Numbered from the stretch's first letter, positions 28,152 through 39,998 are shown. The stretch: 64,000 nt of DNA from Bdellovibrionales bacterium (GCA_027317865.1 DAHVQG010000007.1:1-64000); one strand, 5' to 3'. Notes: generated from the sequence alone by a model not told the origin. Translations and numbers: made by a program.

Positions 28152-29174
28152 GTGAAAATTCAATTTATCATTGTGCCTTTTGCGCTGTTGCTTATTGCGC
28201 TCGCGCCTAATGTCAGCTGGGCCGGGGGCGATGCGGGTAACGGCGGTGGAGTGTCCGAACAATACTTCGTTCATGCTTATTTGCACTTGGGCGACTACAT
28301 TCAAATTTGTCTCGACTCAGATGTGTGCCGTTTGACGCCACGAGAACAAGAGATGTTGGTTAAAATACTAGGTTCGCTCCCTAAAGAATACAAAACCAAA
28401 AATCAAGTTCAGTTTTTGACCGGCTCCCGGTACAAGAAGTTTTTTACTATTGACGGCCTTGTGCGTGTTGCCGTAACCGGCAATAAAGTTGGCGATCCAA
28501 TCTACGTTTATGATAACGAACTCTATTCGGCGAGCGGCAAGCCGATTACGCTCGGTTTTGCGATAGGCAAACTTGTACACGAGTTTGGGCATCACCATGG
28601 AGTCAAAGACACTCCAAACGACTGGCTTGATCGTCTCGGCGAAAAAGTCGAGTTGGGATACGAGCGTCGTGCTTTGCAAGATCAAACTTATTTATCAAAT
28701 GGCAAGCCGATCACGGCAACTTATTTCGCCTCTGGCGCTGGGTTTAGAGAGCTGATCGTATCAAACAAAGATAAGGCGTTCGATCTAACCGACGACCTTG
28801 TGGGAGAGGTTTCGCTGTTGTGCCGTTACCGCCACCCCGTAGAAAGAACGCATCTTTTTGCGCCATCGCCAAAATTTGACGTGACCAATATGCGCTGGCG
28901 AAATCGTTTGGCCAAAAGCACTGACGCTTATTATTGGATTGCCGAAATTCATTCTGAAATTCGTTCAGGTGCACAGCCCTTAACGGTTACGGTTCATGCC
29001 GAATGTCCGACGTATCCAGGGTACCAAGGTCAACGATGGGAGATTACCTTCTGGATTTCGCCGAAATTAAATATAAACGACGTCATGGCTGGACATTTAG
29101 ATAATTTACCGTTTTCTCTCTTTTACGGAGTCAAAGGCAATATACCGGTAACATCCGATCTGCCTCGTGAATGA
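28152..29174 (+). CDS. secreted GGDAGNGGG-motif protein with HExxH (putative zinc metallopeptidase)
   Basis: signal ..SWA then GGDAGNGGG; LVHEFGHHHG; GTG start after GGGGT. Confidence 0.75.
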   Translation: MKIQFIIVPFALLLIALAPNVSWAGGDAGNGGGVSEQYFVHAYLHLGDYIQICLDSDVCRLTPREQEMLVKILGSLPKEYKTKNQVQFLTGSRYKKFFTIDGLVRVAVTGNKVGDPIYVYDNELYSASGKPITLGFAIGKLVHEFGHHHGVKDTPNDWLDRLGEKVELGYERRALQDQTYLSNGKPITATYFASGAGFRELIVSNKDKAFDLTDDLVGEVSLLCRYRHPVERTHLFAPSPKFDVTNMRWRNRLAKSTDAYYWIAEIHSEIRSGAQPLTVTVHAECPTYPGYQGQRWEITFWISPKLNINDVMAGHLDNLPFSLFYGVKGNIPVTSDLPRE

Positions 29175-29242
29175 ATTGGGTAACACGTTTCAGGTTGAAA
29201 CGGTTTATTAAATTATCGCGCGTAAAAATCCGATAACATTGG

Positions 29243-31519
29243 GTGATCTCTAAGTTTTATTTTGTCATTTTACTTTTGGGTTTGGGTTTTGGAACCGCTC
29301 AAGCGCAGAATTTTTATTTCCCCGCACAATTGTTGCGGCCGTCGCAAACAGCGGCGGGGATATGCACCCGCTGCACAATGCACTCGAACGAGTTGAAAAC
29401 CGCCGCGGGAGCTCCCCTTAGCGCGAAGAATCTCAATACAATAAAAAAGACAGAAAAATTTCTGCGTCAAAATATTAAGCTCGCAAGCTGCGAAAAAATC
29501 GTGACCTCTCACAAGTGCGAGAGCCTTTATGCACAAATTGAACGAAACGGCAGCCGGATTTCACATTATAAACGCAATTGCGCGCAAGAAGCAAAAGACG
29601 CGGGTTCACGAAAATGGCTAGAACTCCTTCAAACTATTTTATTTGGTACTGAAAATGCTGAACGAAAAAAGCTTCGTCGCGAAGATCGAGGTTTCTTCGA
29701 GGGCGTAGGCGAATCCATCATTTCGGCCCCTGAGTCTTGGTGGGTGAACCATAAAAAAGAAGTCGCGTGCAATCGAAATCTCAATGAAAAAAAGCAATTT
29801 TTTTATCTATACAACGCGAACCGTCCAAAGAATTTACAAGTCAAAATGCCCTCATTGGCTTGGTTTAATTCCGAAACATGTTCAGAGGTCATCGATTATA
29901 TCAATATGACGGGTACTCGTCTTAAGGTGAATGAAGAGTACAAACAAGGTGTTAAATTCAAAAGTGTCGGAGAAGAAATTCCAAGCGATGTGGCTACTAT
30001 TGCACGCGGCGAATACAGGCACGCGAGAGAAAAGCTCAAGAAACTCGGAATCAAATACGAATGTTATAACTCGAAAAAGCGCGCCGAACTGATTGGCGAG
30101 GTTGCTGGTACTATTACAATGGTCGCGCTGCCCATGGGTGTCTCTGTAAAACTATTGCGAATTGCGGGGCTTACAAAATTTGCCGATGCAATCGATGTGG
30201 TGGGAGTGTCTGACGCATCAGTCGAAGATGCTGCAGCGACAAACGCCAGTCGTGAAGCCCTAACGAATGTTGATGACAGTGCGCGCATTAAGCGGGCAGA
30301 GAAACTTTTGGGACGTAAGTTAACTAAAAAACAAGAAAGGGCACTTATCGAGGCTCACGAAGTTGGTAAACCGGAATTGGTCGATGGTGAACTACGGTAC
30401 ACTCCAAAAGAAATTAGAGAGAAAGCAAAGGTTTTGGCTAAAGCAGGATTTAAGTTGGGCAATAAAAATGGCGGCAAAGACGAAATTCGAATTTTAATGG
30501 AAAATCGTATTGTAGGTAAATTCGATCCGGATTCGTATATTACATCCGGGTCGAGAGCCCCGGGGGCGCGAGTGTGGGTAATTGACCCCGACACTGGTCG
30601 GTTGATAGACGGCACAGTCGTGACGAGAAAGCCCTCGGGCATGTACGAAGTTAAAATCGGCGAACAAAGAAGTCTATTTAAAACCACGGTTATAACCCAA
30701 CACTATTTACCTGAAACGGTGTTTACGCCGGTCGAGCCCGGCGATACGATCGCCGTAAAGAGAACAGGCGGTTACATTGCAAATGCCAGAGTTATTCGCG
30801 TTGATCGCGATCGAAACTTGGTTACCGTAAGCTGGGATGCCGGCGGGGGAATCTCAGGATCCAAGACCGTTTCGCTAGATGAGCTTCAAGTCCCTTACCG
30901 TACTGAAGATCGGGTTTGGTTTAAAGGGCGCGACGGTGAATATCACAAAGGTGTAATTGAGCATTTGAGCCATGAGCGCCCGGATGTCTCGATATCATAT
31001 ACTCACGCCGGTTATATCGTTCACGAAGACGTACCATATCGTAACATTTCACGGGAATCTCCGACTGAAGACATGGTTAATCGCGCAAGGGCTGAAGCGG
31101 CACAATTTCGCGCTCGAGCACAAGCCGATGCTCGTGCCAGAGCTGAAGCCGCACGAAATCGATACGGTCACCTTCCAATAGATCTTCAACACGACGTCGT
31201 GAATTATGGTGCGGAATACAAAACATCATGGGAGCAGTCGCCAGATTACGTGCGATTTAAAGAAAAATTCAAAGCGCAATTTCCAAATATTCAAAAGCTA
31301 TATGAAATAAAAGATTACGTGCGGGCCCATGGCGCGAATCCGGCGATGGAGCAAGAAGCCAAACAAATTTGGCGTCGGCTGCAAAGCGATTTTCATACGG
31401 ACAAGTACAGTAGCGCTCCGCCAGAAGTACAAAATTATATCAAATCGCGCGTTCAAGAAATCAATAAACAATACAAAGAAATTAAAGGCGCGCAAGAATC
31501 TGTTGCACCGGCGCCGTGA
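29243..31519 (+). CDS. secreted multidomain protein with Tudor/SH3-like repeats and C-terminal J-like domain
   Basis: signal ..AQA; Cys-rich N-half; hydrophobic segment; C-terminal WRRLQSDFHTDKY...VQEINKQYKEIK. Confidence 0.65.
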   Translation: MISKFYFVILLLGLGFGTAQAQNFYFPAQLLRPSQTAAGICTRCTMHSNELKTAAGAPLSAKNLNTIKKTEKFLRQNIKLASCEKIVTSHKCESLYAQIERNGSRISHYKRNCAQEAKDAGSRKWLELLQTILFGTENAERKKLRREDRGFFEGVGESIISAPESWWVNHKKEVACNRNLNEKKQFFYLYNANRPKNLQVKMPSLAWFNSETCSEVIDYINMTGTRLKVNEEYKQGVKFKSVGEEIPSDVATIARGEYRHAREKLKKLGIKYECYNSKKRAELIGEVAGTITMVALPMGVSVKLLRIAGLTKFADAIDVVGVSDASVEDAAATNASREALTNVDDSARIKRAEKLLGRKLTKKQERALIEAHEVGKPELVDGELRYTPKEIREKAKVLAKAGFKLGNKNGGKDEIRILMENRIVGKFDPDSYITSGSRAPGARVWVIDPDTGRLIDGTVVTRKPSGMYEVKIGEQRSLFKTTVITQHYLPETVFTPVEPGDTIAVKRTGGYIANARVIRVDRDRNLVTVSWDAGGGISGSKTVSLDELQVPYRTEDRVWFKGRDGEYHKGVIEHLSHERPDVSISYTHAGYIVHEDVPYRNISRESPTEDMVNRARAEAAQFRARAQADARARAEAARNRYGHLPIDLQHDVVNYGAEYKTSWEQSPDYVRFKEKFKAQFPNIQKLYEIKDYVRAHGANPAMEQEAKQIWRRLQSDFHTDKYSSAPPEVQNYIKSRVQEINKQYKEIKGAQESVAPAP

Positions 31520-31675
31520 GGCGCGTTGCTGTTTTGTCTATATATAAGAATTGTTTTGGGTCTAAAATCGAAGACTGTGGTCCTAAGTTTGTCATCGCCG
31601 GTTGAATTATCTTCAGAAAAATAAGTCGATGTAATCATTTGCCCCATTGAATTTCATTTCAACCCGATATCAGCG

Positions 31676-31691
31676 CGGCACGGATATTGCT
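31676..31691 (+). promoter_or_regulatory. putative sigma54 promoter
   Basis: CGGCACGGATATTGCT, GG-N10-GC, upstream of 31736. Confidence 0.55.
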
Positions 31692-31735
31692 AAATTATTT
31701 CGAATCGCCGCTAAGGCGCGTTTGGGGGGATTCAA

Positions 31736-32440
31736 ATGAAAATTTTTATAATTACCGCGTCGTTGGTTTTGGTATTTTTAACAGATATCGGTCAAGCGAC
31801 GCCGTTACAACAATCTGTTTCTACCTTTGGCACGGCGATCAAAATGAGTCGCGCCAAATTTAATATTGCGATTCAGTTTCGTTTGGGTCACGGCGCGAAG
31901 TTCAATAAAGTAAAAGATCTGGTTTCAAATAATAATTTGCTGAAAAAATATATTCCGTGGGTTCAGTCGGCGACGTATTCGCCCACGCAATCTAATGGCA
32001 ATTATCAGTTTGACCTTACAGTCGGAAAGTACGGATTTAACTATAAGCAGTCTTTTATTTGCCGCAATAGCGGGTCGCAAATGTATTGGACCCAAGAATG
32101 TCTTGAACAGGCCGCCGGTTCGAATTCACCTGTTATGTCGAATGCGGCGTTAATGACTCAATGTTCGGCACTCAATAATGGGGGAGTGAAATGTGATTTC
32201 AATCTACAAGGGCAAATGCACGATGTACATGCGCTGTTCGTGACGATACCTGCCGCAAAAGTCGCCTACAATTTTTATTTGCAGTACACTTCGTACGCGG
32301 CACAAATCGGCACATTTAAAGGCAACAATTTTCATAAATTAATGAAAGATCTTGAAATTCACGAACGAACGGCTGTCCGGCAATCTTCGAATGGCACCTA
32401 CAATTTTGTGGCCCAAATTCCGCAATTAAATAACACCTGA
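31736..32440 (+). CDS. secreted hypothetical protein (possibly SRPBCC/START-like fold)
   Basis: SD GGGGGA, signal peptide, 4 Cys, YIPWVQSA; fold guess is weak. Confidence 0.65.
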   Translation: MKIFIITASLVLVFLTDIGQATPLQQSVSTFGTAIKMSRAKFNIAIQFRLGHGAKFNKVKDLVSNNNLLKKYIPWVQSATYSPTQSNGNYQFDLTVGKYGFNYKQSFICRNSGSQMYWTQECLEQAAGSNSPVMSNAALMTQCSALNNGGVKCDFNLQGQMHDVHALFVTIPAAKVAYNFYLQYTSYAAQIGTFKGNNFHKLMKDLEIHERTAVRQSSNGTYNFVAQIPQLNNT

Positions 32441-32475
32441 TGCTATTATTTAAATAAATTTTCTAAGCGGTCTAG

Positions 32476-32877
32476 TTATTGCGCGGTCAAAGTTAAGTTC
32501 GTGGGCGGGCTAGGAATAACTGTCGAAATAGTTTTAATAGGCCCAGGTATCGCCTTTTCTACTACATTAGACGGCACATTTTGTGTGCCAGTAGTCGTGT
32601 ATGCCGTGACGACAAAATACCACGTTCCATTAGCCAGATTACTCACCATATACCCGGCCTGACTTGGATTTGGAACATTGATTATATTTGTCATCGAGCT
32701 GGGGTTAGCGCCATAGTAGATATCAAATCCTGCCAAATTTGTAACCGGAGTGCCGTCCGTATTGGTTGTCGGTATTGTCCACATAAGGTACGCTTGGTTG
32801 GTGCCAATGGTCACAGTTTGAGCTAGTACAGCAGAGCCAAAAAGTGAGATCAAAAAGGCAATAAAAATTTTTTTCAT
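32476..32877 (-). CDS. small secreted fibronectin type III domain protein
   Basis: LMWTIPTTNTDGT..NLAGFDIYYG, LANGTWYFVVTAY, PSPPTNL. Confidence 0.85.
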   Translation of the reverse strand: MKKIFIAFLISLFGSAVLAQTVTIGTNQAYLMWTIPTTNTDGTPVTNLAGFDIYYGANPSSMTNIINVPNPSQAGYMVSNLANGTWYFVVTAYTTTGTQNVPSNVVEKAIPGPIKTISTVIPSPPTNLTLTAQ

Positions 32878-33255
32878 AATATATTCCTTCCCGTTCGCTT
32901 GTTGGCAACGAGCATAATCGACGCCAGTATACTTGATCGGCAATCACCTCGCGACCATAATTTTTTTAATTTGTAATATCAAGATTATGGTCAACGTATT
33001 CGAATCTGATTTCGAAATAAAACGATCATTTTTTATGCACTGTTAAAAAAAATATTTAGTTGTCATTTGGTATTTTGATGCTCAATTACGACAAATTTCA
33101 TTTGAGCCGACAATTTTTGTCAGTTGTAGATTAGGACGACATTTTATCGCAACTAATTATTTTCAAAAAATCCGAAATCGCGATTTTGAATTCGTCTTGA
33201 TATATTTGATTTCGATAATTGTGACGAGTGCCAACCAGGGTAAGGAGGCTGAACA

Positions 33256-33912
33256 ATGAATAAGATTGCAACCGCAATGATCAGCATAATGATCAGCATT
33301 CTTTTTACAGGGTTGTCCGTTTGGGCGGTTCAGAGAAAACAAACTGTCAATCTCGCGCCGCAAGGGCTAAACGATCTTCGCCATGTCGTTGCGTTTGCCC
33401 AAAGAATTGAAAGCGAACACAAAAAATTACTGCGCAATGAAATTATCCTACATGGACTAAGTGAAGTTCGACATCGCTGCATACGTGCGTTGAATGATGA
33501 GAGGAGTGTTTTGGCGTTTGACGCGCGAGTTAACCAAGAACTGGCGGCGCATCCTCAACAAGGTGTCTATACATCACCCGTCCCCGCGCGAATTTATTGG
33601 CGTCACTTCAATGCATTGCCGGCTTTGAAAAAATCGATTCATTCTAAAATTGCAGAAATGTTATCGTCATTGCCAAGCCAAGCCATGGTAACATTATTTT
33701 TGAATCAGAAGTTCACGATAGCGTCGCAGAATAATCAATGGTCTGAAATTGAGTCGGAACTGTCGGGCCTGACGCTAAATAATCCAAATGGTCTTATTCA
33801 AAACGCCACGATTTATTTGAATAGCATCAACAACGCCGTTGATGGATCACTTTCGGGCTATAGAAGTTGTATCAGTCTTGTTAATTCACTCGGTATAGGA
33901 GGGGCTCGATGA
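33256..33912 (+). CDS. secreted helical hypothetical protein
   Basis: SD AAGGAGG, signal ..VWA; ATGA overlap with next gene. Confidence 0.7.
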   Translation: MNKIATAMISIMISILFTGLSVWAVQRKQTVNLAPQGLNDLRHVVAFAQRIESEHKKLLRNEIILHGLSEVRHRCIRALNDERSVLAFDARVNQELAAHPQQGVYTSPVPARIYWRHFNALPALKKSIHSKIAEMLSSLPSQAMVTLFLNQKFTIASQNNQWSEIESELSGLTLNNPNGLIQNATIYLNSINNAVDGSLSGYRSCISLVNSLGIGGAR

Positions 33913-34796
33913 AGACGTTGTTTAACGGAGTGCAACTCATCGCCCTCATATTATGTTTGGCCGGTTGTGGCGGCGGCGGCGGTAGCGGTTCGGGCGTTTC
34001 GAAATCAAATCAAAATGGTCATGGCCCTTTTCAATTCCTCGATGCCACGTTACCGCAAAATGCGACCAACGTGCCTGTAAATGGGTTATCGATCACTTTA
34101 ACGTTTTCAAATTCGATTAACTCCACACAAGCGAACCTCGATTTAAATGCTTCAACATCAGATACGGTCATTTTACTAACCGGGGTCAAAGAAGGTGGGA
34201 GCATACCAATAAAAATCAGCGTACAGGGGCCAACTTTAGTAGTTACTCCTACCGCTCCCTTACTGTACGGCGATCAATACACACTCACCATTCGCCCGAC
34301 GTTGCTCGATATTTATGGCCAATCTTTACAGATGCCGACAAACGGCGATTTACCGCTTAACTTTACAACTGCCGCGTCCGGCACTACTACCGGTAGCGGA
34401 TCGGGTTCGGGCACTGGCTCCGGCTCCGGCTCTGGCTCTGGAAGCGGTTCGTCCGGCATGGTGACAATGGGGTTTGATTTAAATAATTCGTACTCTGGTA
34501 TAACGATCGGGAGCATCACTTATTCATTAGGTACTCAGTCGCAAGTAGACGGAAGTGGCGCCGTTTCGCCCACGGCCAATTACAACATACAAAACAATGC
34601 GGTGGTCGATGCGACACAAACAACACCGGTCATACCGGCAGGTGTATTTGCAAGCCAACATTTCACCTACAATATCTTTTATTCATTTCAGAGCGGGACG
34701 ACGTATTACGCGGCCATGAAAGCGTGTATGACTGAGCCAGATGGATCGCAACTTTGCAGTCCGTATTCAACCGAAGCGAGTATAACGCCTCCGTAG
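33909..34796 (+). CDS. lipoprotein with Big_5/SbsA-type Ig-like domain and GS linker
   Basis: LAGC lipobox; PQNATNVPVN..ITLTFS; LVVTPTAPL..G.QYTLTI...DIYGQSL...FTT; (GS)n linker. Confidence 0.8.
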   Translation: MKTLFNGVQLIALILCLAGCGGGGGSGSGVSKSNQNGHGPFQFLDATLPQNATNVPVNGLSITLTFSNSINSTQANLDLNASTSDTVILLTGVKEGGSIPIKISVQGPTLVVTPTAPLLYGDQYTLTIRPTLLDIYGQSLQMPTNGDLPLNFTTAASGTTTGSGSGSGTGSGSGSGSGSGSSGMVTMGFDLNNSYSGITIGSITYSLGTQSQVDGSGAVSPTANYNIQNNAVVDATQTTPVIPAGVFASQHFTYNIFYSFQSGTTYYAAMKACMTEPDGSQLCSPYSTEASITPP

Positions 34797-34860
34797 AGCG
34801 TGCCGGTTCGTGCAAAGTAATCGGCGGGCCCCACGCACCTTCGGTGCATTTCCCGCTCGA

Positions 34861-34945
34861 TGGTGCGCCAGAGAGGACTTGAACCTCCACGCCTTTCGGC
34901 ACATGCCCCTCAAACATGCGTGTCTACCAGTTCCACCACTGGCGC
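34861..34945 (-). tRNA. tRNA-Leu(GAG)
   Basis: GCGCCAGTGGTGGAACTGGTAGACAC..CATGT-TTGAGGG-GCATG, long variable arm, GGTTCAAGTCC..TGGCGCACCA. Confidence 0.96.
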
Positions 34946-35215
34946 ATCCGTAAAACAGTGAGAGCACTCAATACAATTCGATCACAAAGAGCTACCGGGC
35001 AACGGCCACAGTGTCAATCAAATCGATCACGCTCCTTGCCAAGGCCAACGTCGAGACTTGACCGTCGTTTTCGGTAAGCATTAACCGCGCGCGGTTTTGG
35101 CGGCGTCAAAATTTATGAAGTCAGACGGAGCATCTGACGCCGAATACGGGGGGCCGAGCTTAGCACATGGATGTGCGGGCTCAAAATTAGGCACGTTGAA
35201 CCATGGAGGGGGAAG

Positions 35216-35416
35216 GTGCCAAACGATTTCATCTACATGAACAGCATCATCAGCGGGATATTTCTTTTTGGGGTGGTCACCTTACTCTTGACGATTTCTT
35301 ACCTTGGCGGGGTGGACGAGATCGACGATTTCGACGAATTTACCAAATGGGAAGGTCCGACAATGTGGCTCCCACCCGAAGGTCAAACGGGCAATAGCGA
35401 AGAGAATCGCACCTAA
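35216..35416 (+). CDS. small single-TM protein with acidic tail
   Basis: GTG after GGAGG; one hydrophobic helix then DEIDDFDEF. Confidence 0.45.
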   Translation: MPNDFIYMNSIISGIFLFGVVTLLLTISYLGGVDEIDDFDEFTKWEGPTMWLPPEGQTGNSEENRT

Positions 35417-35464
35417 CCAAAGAAGATCTGGAAATTCTCCGCAACTATAGCTAAAACCGTCTGC

Positions 35465-37641
<2,177 letters not shown>

Positions 37642-37727
37642 TTTCCCGCGCAGATTTCGTGATGACATAGGTTTGGGTTCAATTCATTTTGGATCGTCAT
37701 ATTTGAAACAACTGAGGAGCCTTATTT

Positions 37728-38114
37728 ATGTCGTTCATACGTCGTCGGTGGATGGTCACTTGTTCAACAATTTTTTTGGGCGCAATTGTTTGGTTAAATA
37801 GCGTGCCCGCGTATGCTGCTGCGGCGGCTGGCGGCAGCGCGCCGTTTTATATGCAGCTCCTTCCGTTTATTGCGATATTCGCGATCTTTTATTTCTTAAT
37901 TATTCGTCCGCAATCGAAACGACAAAAAGAACATCAAACTTTTGTATCTAAGCTAAAGCGCGGCGATCAGGTTGTTACGGCCAGCGGAATTTTTGGTAAG
38001 GTCAACGGCATTACCGATCAATTCGTAATGCTTGAAGTATCTGATGGAGTGAACATCCGCATACTCAAAACTCAAATTGCGTCAGCTGTGACGGAAGGTT
38101 CCACAAATGCTTGA
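37728..38114 (+). CDS. yajC: preprotein translocase subunit YajC
   Basis: FYFLIIRPQ, LKRGDQVVTASGIFG; synteny. Confidence 0.93.
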   Translation: MSFIRRRWMVTCSTIFLGAIVWLNSVPAYAAAAAGGSAPFYMQLLPFIAIFAIFYFLIIRPQSKRQKEHQTFVSKLKRGDQVVTASGIFGKVNGITDQFVMLEVSDGVNIRILKTQIASAVTEGSTNA

Positions 38115-39975
38115 TAAATTATCGTACCGATGGGCGATCATCATATTTGTTCTTTTGCTCGGTGGATTCTGGCTGTCACCCAATTTTGTTAATTATGGTA
38201 AGAAGAGTGTTTTTGGTCGCAACAAGATTACCCCGGGACTTGATATTCAAGGCGGAATTCACTTGGTATTGGGTGTCGACGTTAACGAAGTTGTTCGTGA
38301 GCAAATCGCGCGTACGGCAAAAGACATAAGTGGCGAACTGAGCGACAACAAAATAAACTATAAGGCCGTCAATATTGTCGGTGCCAATAAATCCGAAATC
38401 GAAATTCAGCCGACGGATTCGCAAAGCCAAGCGGCGATTGTAAAATATTTGGCAAAAGAATATCCGACGATCCTGCAGGTTATTTCGCAATCCCCGATCA
38501 AAATTGACATCAAATTCTACGATGCCTATCTCGACCGGACGAAAAAGCAAGTCGTTAACCAAGCCATTGCCGTGATTCGAAACCGAATTGACGAATTCGG
38601 TGTCGCCGAACCCAGTATCGCGGCCGAAGGCGAAGACCGCATTGTTGTACAATTGCCTGGAATTCAAAACGCCAACCGCGCGATTGAACTTATAAACAAA
38701 ACAGCGATGCTCAATTTCAGAATCGTTTCGAATGCGATTGCTTTGCCGAAATTGGTAAAAATGATCAGCGATGCTGAGAAAAAATATCATTTTGAACTGA
38801 CCGCCGGTCGGGCCACGCCGCTAGAAGACATGCAAGGTTCTGAGCCGGCAAACACCAAGGTAACCGCTGCCGGTACAACCGTAAATAAAACGCAAGTCGG
38901 AAGCGGCAAGAAGTTAACCAATACGGTTAAAGGAGCCGCACCACAAGTCGAGAAGCTGCACTATCTTGGATACGTTAGACGGTTAAATAAAGTATTGGCG
39001 TCAAAACTTCCGAAAAACACCATGATCGTATTTCAGAAGCTGCCGAACGCGGCCAATATCGTCGTTGGACGTCGTCCGTATTTGGTTGATACCGGCTCAC
39101 ATCTAACGGGAGCGAACCTGGACGATGCGTGGGTCCAAAACGGTCAATTCGGACGGCCTGAAGTCGATTTTCGTTTTACCTTAGAGGGCAAGAAATTATT
39201 TGCAGCATTGACTAAAAAAGCGGCAGGCGGGCAGTTGGCCATCGTCCTCGACGATGTCGTGAAATCCGCGCCTATGGTTAAACGAGAAATCGATAGCGAT
39301 CAGGCGCGTATTACCCTTGGCTCCGGTAATTACGATAAAGTGTTTAGCGAAGCGAAATTTATCGCAACGGCGCTGAGAGCGGGTGCTTTGCCAGCGGCAC
39401 TTGAACCACTTGAACAGCAAACTGTCGGGCCATCGCTCGGTTCGGCTTCAATTCAAAGAGCAAAATTCGCCTCCATTATCGCCTCGCTTGCGGTGTTCAT
39501 TTGGATGTTATTATATTACCGCGGTGCGGGTTTAATTGCGGATCTCAGTTTAATTTTTAACCTGTTTTTGACTTTTGCGGTTTTGACTGCGATGGGCGCG
39601 ACATTGGATCTCGCCGGTATTGCGGGGCTGGCTCTTACAATTGGCATGGCTGTCGATGCGAACGTTATTGTTTACGAGCGGATTCGAGAGGAGATGCGCA
39701 AGGGCGCAAGCCCTGCCGGTGCGGTTCGCGATGGTTACCATAATGCGTATCCCTCGATATTTGATGCGGACATTTGTACCATTCTGACTTGTTTTGTTCT
39801 GATTTATTATGGCACCGGTCCAATCCGCGGATTTGCTGTGACGCTTGCAATTGGGATGGTGACGTCAATGTTTACAGCCGTTTTCTTTTCACGCACGGTG
39901 ATGGAGACATTGGTAAACAATTTCAATTATAAAGTGTTTAACATTACGCCAAATAAAACATCCGCACATAATTAA
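38107..39975 (+). CDS. secD: protein translocase subunit SecD
   Basis: GLDIQGG, RIDEFGVAEP, LRAGALP, GMAVDANVIVYERIREE. Confidence 0.96.
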   Translation: MLDKLSYRWAIIIFVLLLGGFWLSPNFVNYGKKSVFGRNKITPGLDIQGGIHLVLGVDVNEVVREQIARTAKDISGELSDNKINYKAVNIVGANKSEIEIQPTDSQSQAAIVKYLAKEYPTILQVISQSPIKIDIKFYDAYLDRTKKQVVNQAIAVIRNRIDEFGVAEPSIAAEGEDRIVVQLPGIQNANRAIELINKTAMLNFRIVSNAIALPKLVKMISDAEKKYHFELTAGRATPLEDMQGSEPANTKVTAAGTTVNKTQVGSGKKLTNTVKGAAPQVEKLHYLGYVRRLNKVLASKLPKNTMIVFQKLPNAANIVVGRRPYLVDTGSHLTGANLDDAWVQNGQFGRPEVDFRFTLEGKKLFAALTKKAAGGQLAIVLDDVVKSAPMVKREIDSDQARITLGSGNYDKVFSEAKFIATALRAGALPAALEPLEQQTVGPSLGSASIQRAKFASIIASLAVFIWMLLYYRGAGLIADLSLIFNLFLTFAVLTAMGATLDLAGIAGLALTIGMAVDANVIVYERIREEMRKGASPAGAVRDGYHNAYPSIFDADICTILTCFVLIYYGTGPIRGFAVTLAIGMVTSMFTAVFFSRTVMETLVNNFNYKVFNITPNKTSAHN

Positions 39976-39998
39976 GGTAAACAGTAAGTAGGTAAACA

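Noticed and set aside
34380-34456. GGCTCC-type tandem DNA repeat
   Set aside because: Ordinary (Gly-Ser)n interdomain linker with mixed codons.
13704-34945. tRNA-anchored genomic island or prophage
   Set aside because: No integrase, phage gene or duplicated tRNA 3' end (att site) was found by eye.
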